Position numbers and translations under genes: made by a program
Assembly (NCBI RefSeq): GCF_018977255.1
Contig: NW_024704743.1
Location: 12,030,001 to 12,094,000, forward strand
Length of the DNA: 64,000 bases
Reading direction: 5' to 3'
DNA from: Callorhinchus milii
Lineage: Eukaryota
The notes under the pieces: generated by a model
The model's database searches: none
What the model saw: the letters and a program-made list of their open reading frames with translations, nothing else
What the model was told of the DNA's origin: nothing
Shown here: piece by piece, positions 57,801 through 64,000 of the stretch
Layout of the letters: every line of letters begins with the position of its first letter
Position numbering within the stretch: position 1 is the stretch's first letter

Positions 57801-59574
57801 GCACTATTTGAAAAGAGAAGGGAGATTCTCCCAGTGCCATGGCTAACAATACCCCAAATAAAATTGGTTACTTGTTCTACGACTGTGTGTGGGATATTGC
57901 TGTGTGCAAACTGGCTGCTGTGTTCACCCACAAAGTAGATAGTAATTCCATTTTACATCATATCCTGTGAAGCGCTTTGAGATGAGTTGATGATGTGATA
58001 AGGCACTATATCAAATGTAAGGATTATTATTAACACTTTACGCTAAATCCTGTGAAGTGCTTGGAGACGTCCTCCTGATGTGAAAGGAAAGGTACTGTTT
58101 TAAACCTATTGACGGATTTATTTTTTCCCCCCTCTCCTCCCCGCTTCTGCCCCCACTTGATGAAGGAGAGGGTGGGTTTCCGAGGGTGGCAGCAATGAAT
58201 GGCCTGATGAGAGCAAACCAGCAGCATCAGTCTCCTCTAACACCCGGGAGTGGGCCCTGCCTCAGCAACACTTACTCGCCCATGCCTCCGTCACCATTCC
58301 CTGAAAACAGCCGGTTAGTGGACCTCGTTATTCCTTGTGTTTCAAAGTCTCTGAGCATTTCCAAAGGGGAAAACTTCATCTCACACACACACCTACAGGC
58401 ACACACACACACAGACTCTGAGGCTTGACAAAATGCATTTACTGTTTTCTGCTTCAGACTAAAATAAATCGAGATGTTGGCAAGTTTACAATAGGGTTAA
58501 AATTTGTGGTATTCCTCAAACCATTCCTGCAATTATTTGAGGGAACACTTTTAGGAGTGCCAGCAGGTGGCACCTCTATCCAGGTCAGTGGGCCTGTAAA
58601 CAATCACTCGCAACCAGACTTGCTTAGAAGGGCCGAGAAGGCCAAAGAAATTAAATTTAAACACTGAGCCTGGAGGCTTCGGGCCTTCGGTAAGTTAAGG
58701 AATGCTTTAAGAAATTCTGTAATTTTTCCCTATATGTAAATAGTGTTTCCGTTTTGTATATAACGTTTACAGTTTGTCCCTTCCCAAGTGGGCACTGTTC
58801 ATGTGTGAGTCTTGGTGTTGGCAGACCACGTGACTGCAGAGAGCGTCATAGCCGAGCTGACATCTCCCCACCCGGCTGCCACACAAGCAGTGGAGGGTGC
58901 AGGAACGCTAACTGGCTCTCCCCACGCACCCAGACCATTAGGACAATCCTGCTAGATTTAATTTAAAATCTTTGTTTGTTTAAAAGCTAAACAAACTTGG
59001 CAGAAAGCTTCAGGCAGTTTTTCAACCCCTCACTCACCTCTTCATAACGTCTAGGCCCCATTCCACGGATGCCCTACACAAGCTGTGGGTCTGTCTAAAC
59101 ATCTGACTCCCTCAACAATGTCCCCTCCCACCTCAAAAACCCACATTAAGGACGAGCTTTTTGACCACCTTTTCATCCTTTACACTCCCCCCCACCCCAC
59201 TGAGCTCCATCGGACACCCCCCCCCCAGCTCGAACTCGTTGTATGAAGCACATTGGGTAGTTGCAGTGATCCAAAAGGCACAATATAAATGTAAACTGTT
59301 AATGACTTCTTGTTGTAAAACACGTGTGCTTAACCAGTTGGAATGGATTGATTTAACAGGGAGAAGAGCCACAGGTTCAGTCCAGTGATCAGCGAGCCAG
59401 CTGGGCCCTGGATTTCCTCGGCTCCTGCAGTTGAGGTGGAGGGGGACTCGCTGAACTACACCCAGCGCAGCACGCTGAAATGGGAGAAGGAGGAAGCCCT
59501 GGGAGAGATGGCGACGGTCGCTCCTGTTCTCTACACCAACACCAACTTCCCCAACCTGAAGGAGGACTTCCCCG
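703..59574 (+). CDS. KMT2C: Histone-lysine N-methyltransferase 2C (MLL3) family gene, internal multi-exon portion (24 exons; 5' and 3' parts outside window)
   Basis: Exon peptides match hallmark KMT2C motifs ([133 protein letters not shown]). All introns are GT-AG with compatible phases. Summed length is 3782 nt with no stop. Confidence 0.95.
2695..3715. repeat. GT/G-rich low-complexity tract
   Basis: Degenerate (TG)n interspersed with G runs. Confidence 0.95.
3892..4224 (-). mobile_element. Young tRNA-derived SINE copy
   Basis: Reverse complement of 43654-43974. Confidence 0.93.
4225..4652 (+). mobile_element. L2 LINE 3' fragment, same family as 53562-55515
   Basis: Near-identical to 55150-55515; ends gacgtgaaaggcgctctataaatgcaatc...(TTG)n. 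Confidence 0.92.
5094..5269 (+). CDS. KMT2C: KMT2C exon (176 nt): [59 protein letters not shown]
   Basis: cctcAG acceptor; GTaagc donor at 5270; phase 0-2; Cys-rich zinc-finger pattern. Confidence 0.96.
5640..6130 (+). mobile_element. Ancient Deu-domain SINE, SacSINE1-like (other copies ~1640-2110 +, 16380-16730 +, 20660-20835 -, 23110-23450 -, 33460-33780 -, 42975-43160 -, 57730-58030 +)
   Basis: Head gcctctgag.cagaaggttgtgggttcaagtccc; core gatgagacgttaaaccgagg...caggtggatgttaaagatcccatggcactatt; family name recalled, not searched. Confidence 0.75.
6542..6711 (+). CDS. KMT2C: KMT2C exon (170 nt): [29 protein letters not shown]...
   Basis: cctccAG acceptor; GTgagg donor at 6712; completes the PHD finger; phase 2-1. 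Confidence 0.93.
7145..8270 (+). mobile_element. Older L2 fragment interrupted by a younger L2 3' end
   Basis: Peptides [24 protein letters not shown]; internal L2 tail ending (TTG)n at ~7710. Confidence 0.85.
7393..7624 (+). repeat. 46-bp tandem repeat x5 expanded from the L2 3' UTR
   Basis: ctcctcgctccctcccttccctcccctcaccctgaccatttccccc repeated; present once in other L2 tails. Confidence 0.92.
8999..9118 (+). CDS. KMT2C: Probable KMT2C linker exon (120 nt): [39 protein letters not shown]
   Basis: acgtAG acceptor; GTagga donor; phase 1-1; open acidic frame in unique sequence. Little recognisable homology, so the call rests on splice signals and phase. Confidence 0.7.
9150..10612. repeat. 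G-rich minisatellite, ~38-43 bp unit (G)n-aggggctgtgtgattggacactgtgcgtgt, roughly 35 copies
   Basis: Directly visible tandem array; explains the long Pro/His ORFs on the minus strand. Confidence 0.97.
10767..11479 (+). CDS. KMT2C: KMT2C large acidic/Pro-rich exon (713 nt) ending [24 protein letters not shown]
   Basis: ORF 10751..11512; atccAG acceptor in phase 1; GTagga donor at 11480; conserved C-terminal motif. Confidence 0.92.
12702..12781. repeat. 31-bp tandem repeat x2.6
   Basis: ccactcaggaatactttctctctatatagtt. Confidence 0.9.
14903..15117. mobile_element. Possible degenerate hAT-type MITE
   Basis: Ends cagggcggtcaaact and aggttggatcatcct resemble hAT terminal inverted repeats; subterminal gggccg/gcggcc motifs; no clear 8-bp TSD. 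Confidence 0.4.
15280..15834 (+). mobile_element. Unclassified interspersed repeat with A-rich end (about 10 partial copies in window)
   Basis: Homologous segments at ~8320-8600 (-), 20085-20185, 21925-22010, 24868-25135 (-), 34183-34620 (-), 48040-48130, 48560-48715, 56765-56815, 59608-59665 (-). Confidence 0.8.
16972..17088 (+). CDS. KMT2C: KMT2C exon (117 nt, phase 0-0): [39 protein letters not shown]
   Basis: poly-T tract plus cctAG acceptor; GTaaat donor; resembles recalled human GAWS...SPPSWS...AIWSIKV. Confidence 0.88.
17420..17745. repeat. Degenerate G-rich minisatellite (tgtagtgaggtgggggaggg...)
   Basis: Recurring motif visible. Confidence 0.8.
19616..19732 (+). CDS. KMT2C: KMT2C exon (117 nt): [39 protein letters not shown]
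   Basis: gacAG acceptor; GTaagt donor; conserved Gly/Arg-rich motif. Confidence 0.95.
20936..21037 (+). CDS. KMT2C: KMT2C exon (102 nt): [34 protein letters not shown]
   Basis: ttgcAG acceptor; GTaaga donor; MHNTVVLFS motif. Confidence 0.96.
22277..22381 (+). CDS. KMT2C: KMT2C exon (105 nt), start of second PHD cluster: [35 protein letters not shown]
   Basis: ctctcAG acceptor; GTgaga donor. Confidence 0.97.
22477..22840 (+). mobile_element. Older, longer subfamily of the tRNA-derived SINE (similar copies ~6135-6445, 18260-18606, 29630-29960, 32423-32850, 36945-37270, 47225-47500)
   Basis: Same head and tail plus an extra block tctgtttacctagcagtaagtaggaacc...gattggcggat; more diverged. Confidence 0.88.
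24033..24214 (+). CDS. KMT2C: KMT2C exon (182 nt): [61 protein letters not shown]
   Basis: gacAG acceptor; GTaagt donor; canonical PHD finger. Confidence 0.98.
25554..27330 (-). mobile_element. Decayed L2 LINE RT fragment interrupted by a SINE at ~26480-26810
   Basis: Minus-strand ORFs with [42 protein letters not shown]. Confidence 0.92.
26480..26810 (-). mobile_element. Young tRNA-derived SINE copy inserted in an L2
   Basis: Reverse complement of the same family; interrupts L2 at the SGF|RPAHSTE motif. Confidence 0.92.
26728..28807. repeat. ~1.04-kb direct tandem duplication (26728-27766 / 27765-28807)
   Basis: Two nearly identical copies sharing GG at the junction. Confidence 0.95.
30498..30662 (+). 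CDS. KMT2C: KMT2C exon (165 nt): [55 protein letters not shown]
   Basis: ccccAG acceptor; GTaata donor; phase 2-2. Confidence 0.96.
31450..32025 (+). mobile_element. L2 LINE 3' fragment
   Basis: SRLDY-like region through the 3' tail. Confidence 0.85.
33907..34016 (+). CDS. KMT2C: KMT2C exon (110 nt): [36 protein letters not shown]
   Basis: tgtcAG acceptor; GTaagg donor; completes last PHD of the second cluster. Confidence 0.96.
34628..35662. mobile_element. Two adjacent L2 fragments in opposite orientation (- 34628-35300; + 35305-35662)
   Basis: Minus: HMYADD and SRLDY peptides; plus: L2 3' UTR ending (TTG)n. Confidence 0.85.
35935..36650 (-). mobile_element. CR1 LINE 3' fragment
   Basis: Minus ORFs [31 protein letters not shown]. 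Confidence 0.9.
37275..37960. mobile_element. Head-to-head L2 3' fragments (- 37275-37540; + 37555-37960)
   Basis: Plus peptide [31 protein letters not shown]; reversed L2 tail upstream. Confidence 0.8.
38020..40305 (+). mobile_element. Decayed CR1-clade LINE ORF2 (end of endonuclease, RT, 3' UTR with TTCTATGA repeats)
   Basis: Peptides [54 protein letters not shown]; many stops and frameshifts. Confidence 0.93.
40378..40446 (+). CDS. KMT2C: KMT2C exon (69 nt): [23 protein letters not shown]
   Basis: ttgcAG acceptor; GTaaca donor; phase 1-1; resembles recalled AQIVTKVKEL. Confidence 0.85.
41439..41657 (+). CDS. KMT2C: KMT2C exon (219 nt): [52 protein letters not shown]...
   Basis: acgcAG acceptor; GTacag donor; strongly conserved motifs. 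Confidence 0.96.
42172..42746 (-). mobile_element. L2 LINE 3' fragment inserted inside a SINE
   Basis: Minus ORF with [12 protein letters not shown]...VQNSAARIL...LHWLP; SINE halves on both sides. Confidence 0.88.
43654..43974 (+). mobile_element. Young tRNA-derived SINE (tRNA-Ala-like head, Deu-like core, L2-like tail, (TTA)n)
   Basis: A box TAGCTCAGTGG, anticodon arm CTCGC-TTTGCAA-GCGAG, B box GAGTTCAATTCC; near-identical copies elsewhere in the window. Confidence 0.93.
44406..44540 (+). CDS. KMT2C: KMT2C exon (135 nt): [45 protein letters not shown]
   Basis: ttacAG acceptor; GTaaga donor; [10 protein letters not shown] motif. Confidence 0.95.
44660..45190. repeat. Degenerate (TG)n tract
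   Basis: Low complexity. Confidence 0.9.
46116..46238 (+). CDS. KMT2C: KMT2C exon (123 nt): [41 protein letters not shown]
   Basis: atcAG acceptor; GTgagt donor; [10 protein letters not shown] motif. Confidence 0.96.
46634..46764 (+). CDS. KMT2C: KMT2C exon (131 nt): [44 protein letters not shown]
   Basis: cccAG acceptor; GTcagt donor. Confidence 0.96.
47574..47772 (+). CDS. KMT2C: KMT2C exon (199 nt): [16 protein letters not shown]...AKAAGGQ
   Basis: ttgcAG acceptor; GTttgt donor; EAFFGKxLLD motif. Confidence 0.93.
49044..49260. repeat. 16-bp tandem repeat (ctggccctcactcacg x~5) grading into TCAC-rich repeats
   Basis: Directly visible. Confidence 0.9.
50032..50127 (+). CDS. KMT2C: KMT2C exon (96 nt): [32 protein letters not shown]
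   Basis: gtgcAG acceptor; GTaagg donor; DPLADxSEVL motif. Confidence 0.94.
50230..50495. repeat. Degenerate (TG)n tract
   Basis: Low complexity. Confidence 0.9.
50802..50849 (+). CDS. KMT2C: Candidate alternative 48-nt KMT2C cassette exon: [16 protein letters not shown]
   Basis: Long T-rich tract, weak tttgAG acceptor, strong G|GTaaga donor; phase 1-1 and frame-preserving between exons 50032-50127 and 55771-55908. Confidence 0.7.
50940..51955 (-). mobile_element. CR1 LINE 3' fragment with a nested second CR1 3' end
   Basis: Minus ORFs [38 protein letters not shown]. Confidence 0.9.
52360..53215 (-). mobile_element. Nested CR1 LINE 3' fragments
   Basis: (TCATAGAA)n tail at ~52670; peptides TQRVVRIWN and [17 protein letters not shown]. 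Confidence 0.85.
53220..53527 (+). mobile_element. Young tRNA-derived SINE copy
   Basis: Same family, full head to (TTA)n tail. Confidence 0.92.
53562..55515 (+). mobile_element. Young 5'-truncated L2-clade LINE (RT domain through 3' UTR and (TTG)n tail), one frameshift near 54645
   Basis: ORFs 53469..54722 and 54698..55480 contain [58 protein letters not shown]; flanked by TGTACA at 53556-53561 and 55516-55521. Confidence 0.95.
55771..55908 (+). CDS. KMT2C: KMT2C exon (138 nt): [46 protein letters not shown]
   Basis: gtttAG acceptor; GTgaga donor; RPLxEEQLD motif. Confidence 0.94.
55960..56175 (-). mobile_element. 5'-truncated copy of the young SINE
   Basis: Reverse complement of core and tail. 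Confidence 0.9.
56907..56939 (+). CDS. KMT2C: KMT2C 33-nt exon: [11 protein letters not shown]
   Basis: gtgcAG acceptor; GTattt donor; matches recalled GAILGKLYKIP. Confidence 0.93.
57050..57133 (+). CDS. KMT2C: KMT2C exon (84 nt): [28 protein letters not shown]
   Basis: tgaAG acceptor after a 110-nt intron; GTatag donor just before an in-frame [14 protein letters not shown] motif. Confidence 0.88.
58166..58313 (+). CDS. KMT2C: KMT2C exon (148 nt): [50 protein letters not shown]
   Basis: Pyrimidine tract then AAG/GAG tandem acceptor (start 58166 or 58169); GTtagt donor; phase 1-2; MNGL motif. Confidence 0.85.
58560..58573 (+). promoter_or_regulatory. CTCF core-motif match CCAGCAGGTGGCAC
   Basis: Fits the CCASYAGRKGGCRS consensus in non-repetitive intron sequence; motif match only. 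Confidence 0.45.
59360..59574 (+). CDS. KMT2C: KMT2C exon (215 nt) leading into the HMG box: [71 protein letters not shown]
   Basis: taacAG acceptor; GTatgc donor; highly conserved motif. Confidence 0.97.
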
Positions 59575-59704
59575 GTATGCACCAGCTCTCCCACAGTCTC
59601 CGTTGCTTCACCCCGGTATCTGACATGTGCCAAAACATGTCACCTCGCTTAAGAGTATCCAAAGAAAACTACTGAATGCATACATTCATGCAGTATGAAT
59701 ACAG

Positions 59705-62700
59705 TATCATAGACTCAGAATTATACAGCACAGAAGGAGGCCATTTGACCCATCGTGTCTTGCTGGCTCTTTGAAAAGAGCTATCCAAATCTATCCCCAC
59801 TCTGTCCCCGCAGCCCAGCAAACTTGTCCTCCCCAAATAATTATCTACTTCTCTCTTAAAAGTTGTTATCGAATCGGCTTCCACCGACCGCCCTTTCAGG
59901 CAATACATTCTAGATCCGAACAACTCGCTATGTGAAAAAATTTCTCCTCACCTCCCCTCTGTTTCTATTAACAACTATTTTAAATCGGTGGTCTCGGGTT
60001 ACCGACACCCATCCACCAGGGAAGTAGTTTCTCCTTGTTCACCCTATTGAATCCCCTTCTATTAAGTCTCCTCTTAACCTTCTCTGCTCCAAGGAGAATA
60101 ATCTTAGCTTCTCTATCCTCTCCTGATAACTGAAGTCCCTCATCCCTGGTACCATCCTGGTAAATCTCCTTTGCAGCCTCTCCAATGCCTTGACATCCTT
60201 CCTAAAGTGTGGTGCCCAGAACTGAACCCAGTCTCTCGCTGAGGCCTAACCAGTGTTTGATAAAGGTTCATCATAACTTCCTGACTTTTGCATTCTATGC
60301 CCCTATTTATAAAGCCTAGTATCCCGTATGCTTTTTTAAGAGCTTTATCTACCTGTCCTACCACCTTCAAAGATTTACTTATATGAACCCTCAGGTCTCT
60401 CTGTTCCTTCACCCCCTTTAAGATTGTACCATCAGCTTATATTGTCTCTCCTTATTCTTCCTCCCAAAATGCATCACTTTGCATTTCTCCACAATAAAAC
60501 TTAAGCTTCCACATGTCTGCCCATTTTACCAGTCTATTTATGTTAATTTTCAGTCTGCTACTATCCTCCTCACTGTTTACTACTTTTCCTAGCTTCGTAT
60601 CATCTTGGAAACTGTACTCCCTATACCCAAGTCCAGGTCATTTATATAGATCAAAAACAGTAGTGGTCCCAATACCGACCCCGGGGGGACACCACTGTAC
60701 ACTTCCCTCCAGTCAGAAAAACAACCGTTCACCACCTCTCTCTGCTTTCTGTCTCCCAACCAGTTCTGTATCCATGTTGCCATTGTCCGTTTAATACCGT
60801 GGGCTTCTATTTTGCTTACAAGTCTCTTGTATGGCACTTTATCAAACGCCTTTTGAAAATCCATATAAACTACATCAACTGCACTACCTTCATCCATCCT
60901 CTCCATTACTTCATCAAAAAACTAATCAGGTTTGTTAGACATGATTTGTGACTTGTTTACCTTGAGCACCATTAAGGGATTAGACGGGGAGAAATGCAGA
61001 GCAGACTCAGTCAGTCTTGGAGTGCATGTGCGTAAATGCACGGAGTGTGACAAATAATATTGGTGAGTTGCAGGCTCAAGTTGCCACATGGGATTATGAT
61101 GTAGTGGCAATAACGGAGACCACTACATCAGTTTATTCTTATCTCATCCAATTTCTCGGTTTATTCTTATCTCATCCAATTTCTCTACCCTTTCCTCCGA
61201 TACTGTGGCATTGGCTGCATCCTCTTCTTTTGTGAAGACAGATGCAAAGTACTCATTCAGTACGTCAGACATGCCCTCTGCCTCCACAAGAAGATTTCCT
61301 CTTTGGTCCCTAATTAGACCCACTCTACCTTTGACTTATCTTTTATTCTTTAAATGCTTATAAAATACCTCATACAATCTCTTTGCCCCTCTTATTTCGT
61401 TTTCAGTTCTCCTCTGTACTTTCTGTATTCTATTTGATTATCTTCTGTATTTTGGACCTGACATTTATCATAAGCCTCCTTTTTCTGTTTTATTTTAATC
61501 CCAATTTCCTTATTCATCCAGGAAGATTTGGATCCCCTACCTTTCCCCTTTCTGGGAACGTATTTGTTCTGTCTCCAAACTAACTCCTCCTTGAAGGCTT
61601 GCTTGTTAGCCGTTTTACCTGCCAAACTTTCCAGCCCACCTTGGCCAGGTCCCTTTTTAACTCACTGAAATTAGTCCTCTTCTGGTTGAGTATCTTCACT
61701 TTTGATTGTTCCTCGTCCCTTTCAATAAATACTCTAAACCTAATGAATTTGTGATCACTGTTGTCCAGATGCTTTCCAACTGAAACCTGCTCAACTTGCC
61801 CCACTTCATTCCCCAGAACTGCTTCCTTCCTTGTTGGGCTGGAAACATAGTGATCCAGAAAGTTATTATGTACACAATTCAGGAATCCTTCCCCCTCCTG
61901 GCCCTTTACACTGTTATTTTCCAATCGATGTTAGGATAATTGAAGTTCCCCATTATCACTACTCTATTGGTTTTGCATCATTCTGAAATCTGCTTGCAGA
62001 TTAACTTGTCAATCTCCTTCCGACTATTTTGCGGTCTATAGCATACACCTAAAAGAGTAACAGCTCCTTTTCTGCTCCTTAACTCTAACCAAATGGATTC
62101 TGTTTTTGGACCCTCTAGCACATCGAGAGCCGTAACCAGGTCTTCAATCAATATTGCCAACCCCCTTTTTTTTCCTTCCCTATCACTCCTGAATACATTG
62201 TAGCGAGGAATATTCAGCTCCTATTCCTGCCCTTGTTTGAGTCAGGTCTGTATTGCCACTACATCATAATCCCATGTTGCAACTTGAGCCTGCAATTCAC
62301 CAATATTATTTGTCACACTCCGTGCATTTACGCACGTGCTCTCCAAGACTGACTGAGTCTGCTCTGCATTTCTCCCCGTCTAATCCCTTCTTTTTCTGGA
62401 CTACTCCTTATTGCATTGCGTATGCCAACTCCCTGCTTGTCGGTCTCCCCAACTGTTCCCTCCACAAGCTGCAGATCATCCAGAACTCTGCAGCTCGTGT
62501 GCTCTCCTGCACCAGGCTCCGTGACCCCATTACCCCCACCCTCGCCCAGCTCCACTAACTCTCCATCCCTCAGAGGTTTGAGTTCAAAATTCTCATCCTC
62601 ACCTTCAAGGCCCTCTATAGCCTTGCCCCGTCCTACCTCTCCAACCTGCTGACCTCTTATCAACCTGTCCGCTCCTTCCGTTCAGCAGGCTCTGGCCTGC

Positions 62701-63830
62701 TCCACGTCCCCCGTCCGGCCAACCCCCATTGGCAATTGGGCCTTCAGCCCCTCTGCTCCCACCCTCTGGAACTCCATCCCACATTCCCTATCTGTACCAT
62801 TTTTCTAGCCATGTATCCATATGTTTGATCCTGCTGCTTTGATACTCACTTGCACGAGGCACTGGGAGTAAACCAGAGATCACCACCTTTGAGATCCAAC
62901 TCTTTAGCTTTTTCCCTAGCTTCTGATACTCTCCCTGTAGGATCTCAGTCCTTTTTCTCTCTATGTCATGGATCCCAACATGGACCATGACTTCTGGTGT
63001 TCCCCTTCCCCCTATAGAATGTTTTGCACCCGTTCCATGATATCTTGTGGAGTCCTGTAGCTCAGTAGTAAGAGCACTCGCTTTGCAAGTGAGAGACCTG
63101 AGTTCAATTCCAGGCAGGCGAAACCTTGGGCAAGTTTCCTTACTCCACACACCTAATAATAATCCCTCCAAAAACAAAAAATCAATAAGTTGGTTATTTT
63201 CAATCTACGACTGATGGTGGGACATTGCTGTGCGCAATTGGCTGCCGCGTTTGCCCACAGATATACAGTCAATTCACTTTACAGTATATTCTGTGAAGTG
63301 CTTTGAGACGTCTAGAAAACGTGAAAAGCGCTATATCAAATGCAAGGATTATTATTATTATCTTCAACCCTGGCACCGGGGAGGCAACTTAGCATGCGAG
63401 TCACATTTTTGGTTGCAGAAATGCCTGTCTATTCCTTTCACTGTTGTGTCCCCAATGACAATTGCATTGACACACTTCTCTGCGTCCCCCAGTGCATCTA
63501 CTTGTTTTTGACTCCCCTCTCCAGAGGTGACATCACCCTGACCGGTATTCAGTACAGAGAACCGGTTTGTGAGTGCCACACTCAGGGGATTTCTGCATTG
63601 CCCATACCCTCTTCCTACCATGCTGGGTTGGTCACCCACCCACTCTTCTGAACTCTCTGTGGCTGTGGGGTGACCACTTCCTGAAACATTCTATCTATGA
63701 ACTCTTCAGCTTCCCGTATGCTATGTAGTGACTCTCGACTCTCCTCGAGCTCAAAAACTCTGAGCTCAAGCAGCCAGAGGCACTTCCTACACAAGTGTTT
63801 GTCCAGTAAACTCCTGATAACTCATCACTC
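59705..63830 (-). mobile_element. Near full-length decayed CR1 LINE (ORF1 zinc-finger/esterase plus ORF2 EN/RT), with internal rearrangement and nested L2 and SINE
   Basis: Minus ORFs: VIGDTTVKGIDR and VMVHVGIHDI (SGNH esterase-like ORF1), ESIWLEL/GVCYRP (APE endonuclease), [24 protein letters not shown]; 3' tail at ~59705. Confidence 0.9.
63047..63358 (+). mobile_element. Young tRNA-derived SINE copy inserted in CR1 ORF1
   Basis: Same family; TATCTT duplicated at 63041-63046 and 63359-63364. Confidence 0.92.
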
Positions 63831-64000
63831 CAAAGGCAAAAGGCTTAGTGACAAGGTATGCAGAGCGTTAAGTTAGGTATATGTATAAATACATAAATAA
63901 TTGAGTTTTTGTACATGCACACTCGCACACTTCTCCACGATCATTAAGGTATGGTGAAAGGCAGGGCACTGGGATTGAAACCTCTGCCAGGATTCTGCCA

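Noticed and set aside
59575..64000. Further KMT2C exons (HMG-box continuation)
   Set aside because: Only CR1, L2 and SINE sequence recognised; the next exon presumably lies beyond the window.

Overview
Vertebrate genomic DNA, not prokaryotic. The whole window lies inside one + strand gene of the KMT2C (MLL3, H3K4 methyltransferase) family. I traced 24 GT-AG exons from 703 to 59574 that splice into one open frame (3782 nt, 1260 complete codons). They run from the end of the first PHD cluster, through the acidic linker, AT-hook-like motif and second PHD cluster, to the start of the HMG-box region. The gene start and the C-terminal FYR/SET part lie outside the window. Introns are packed with L2 and CR1 LINE fragments, two tRNA-headed Deu-domain SINE families with L2-like tails, an unclassified A-tailed repeat, and G/GT-rich tandem repeats. 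This repeat landscape suggests a cartilaginous fish, possibly a holocephalan (inference). No operons, CRISPR arrays or true tRNA/rRNA genes were seen. Best second-look items: a hidden in-frame 48-nt cassette exon (50802-50849); a candidate internal first exon with ATG-G|GT (ending 49587) that would give a PHD-less short isoform; a perfect 111-bp inverted repeat plus 36-bp hairpin between two otherwise diverged L2 copies; a ~1.04-kb tandem duplication differing mostly by 1-bp indels; an unclassified retroposed family; and possible divergent-paralog status of the gene. Comparisons with human KMT2C/KMT2D and named repeat families are from memory, not from searches.
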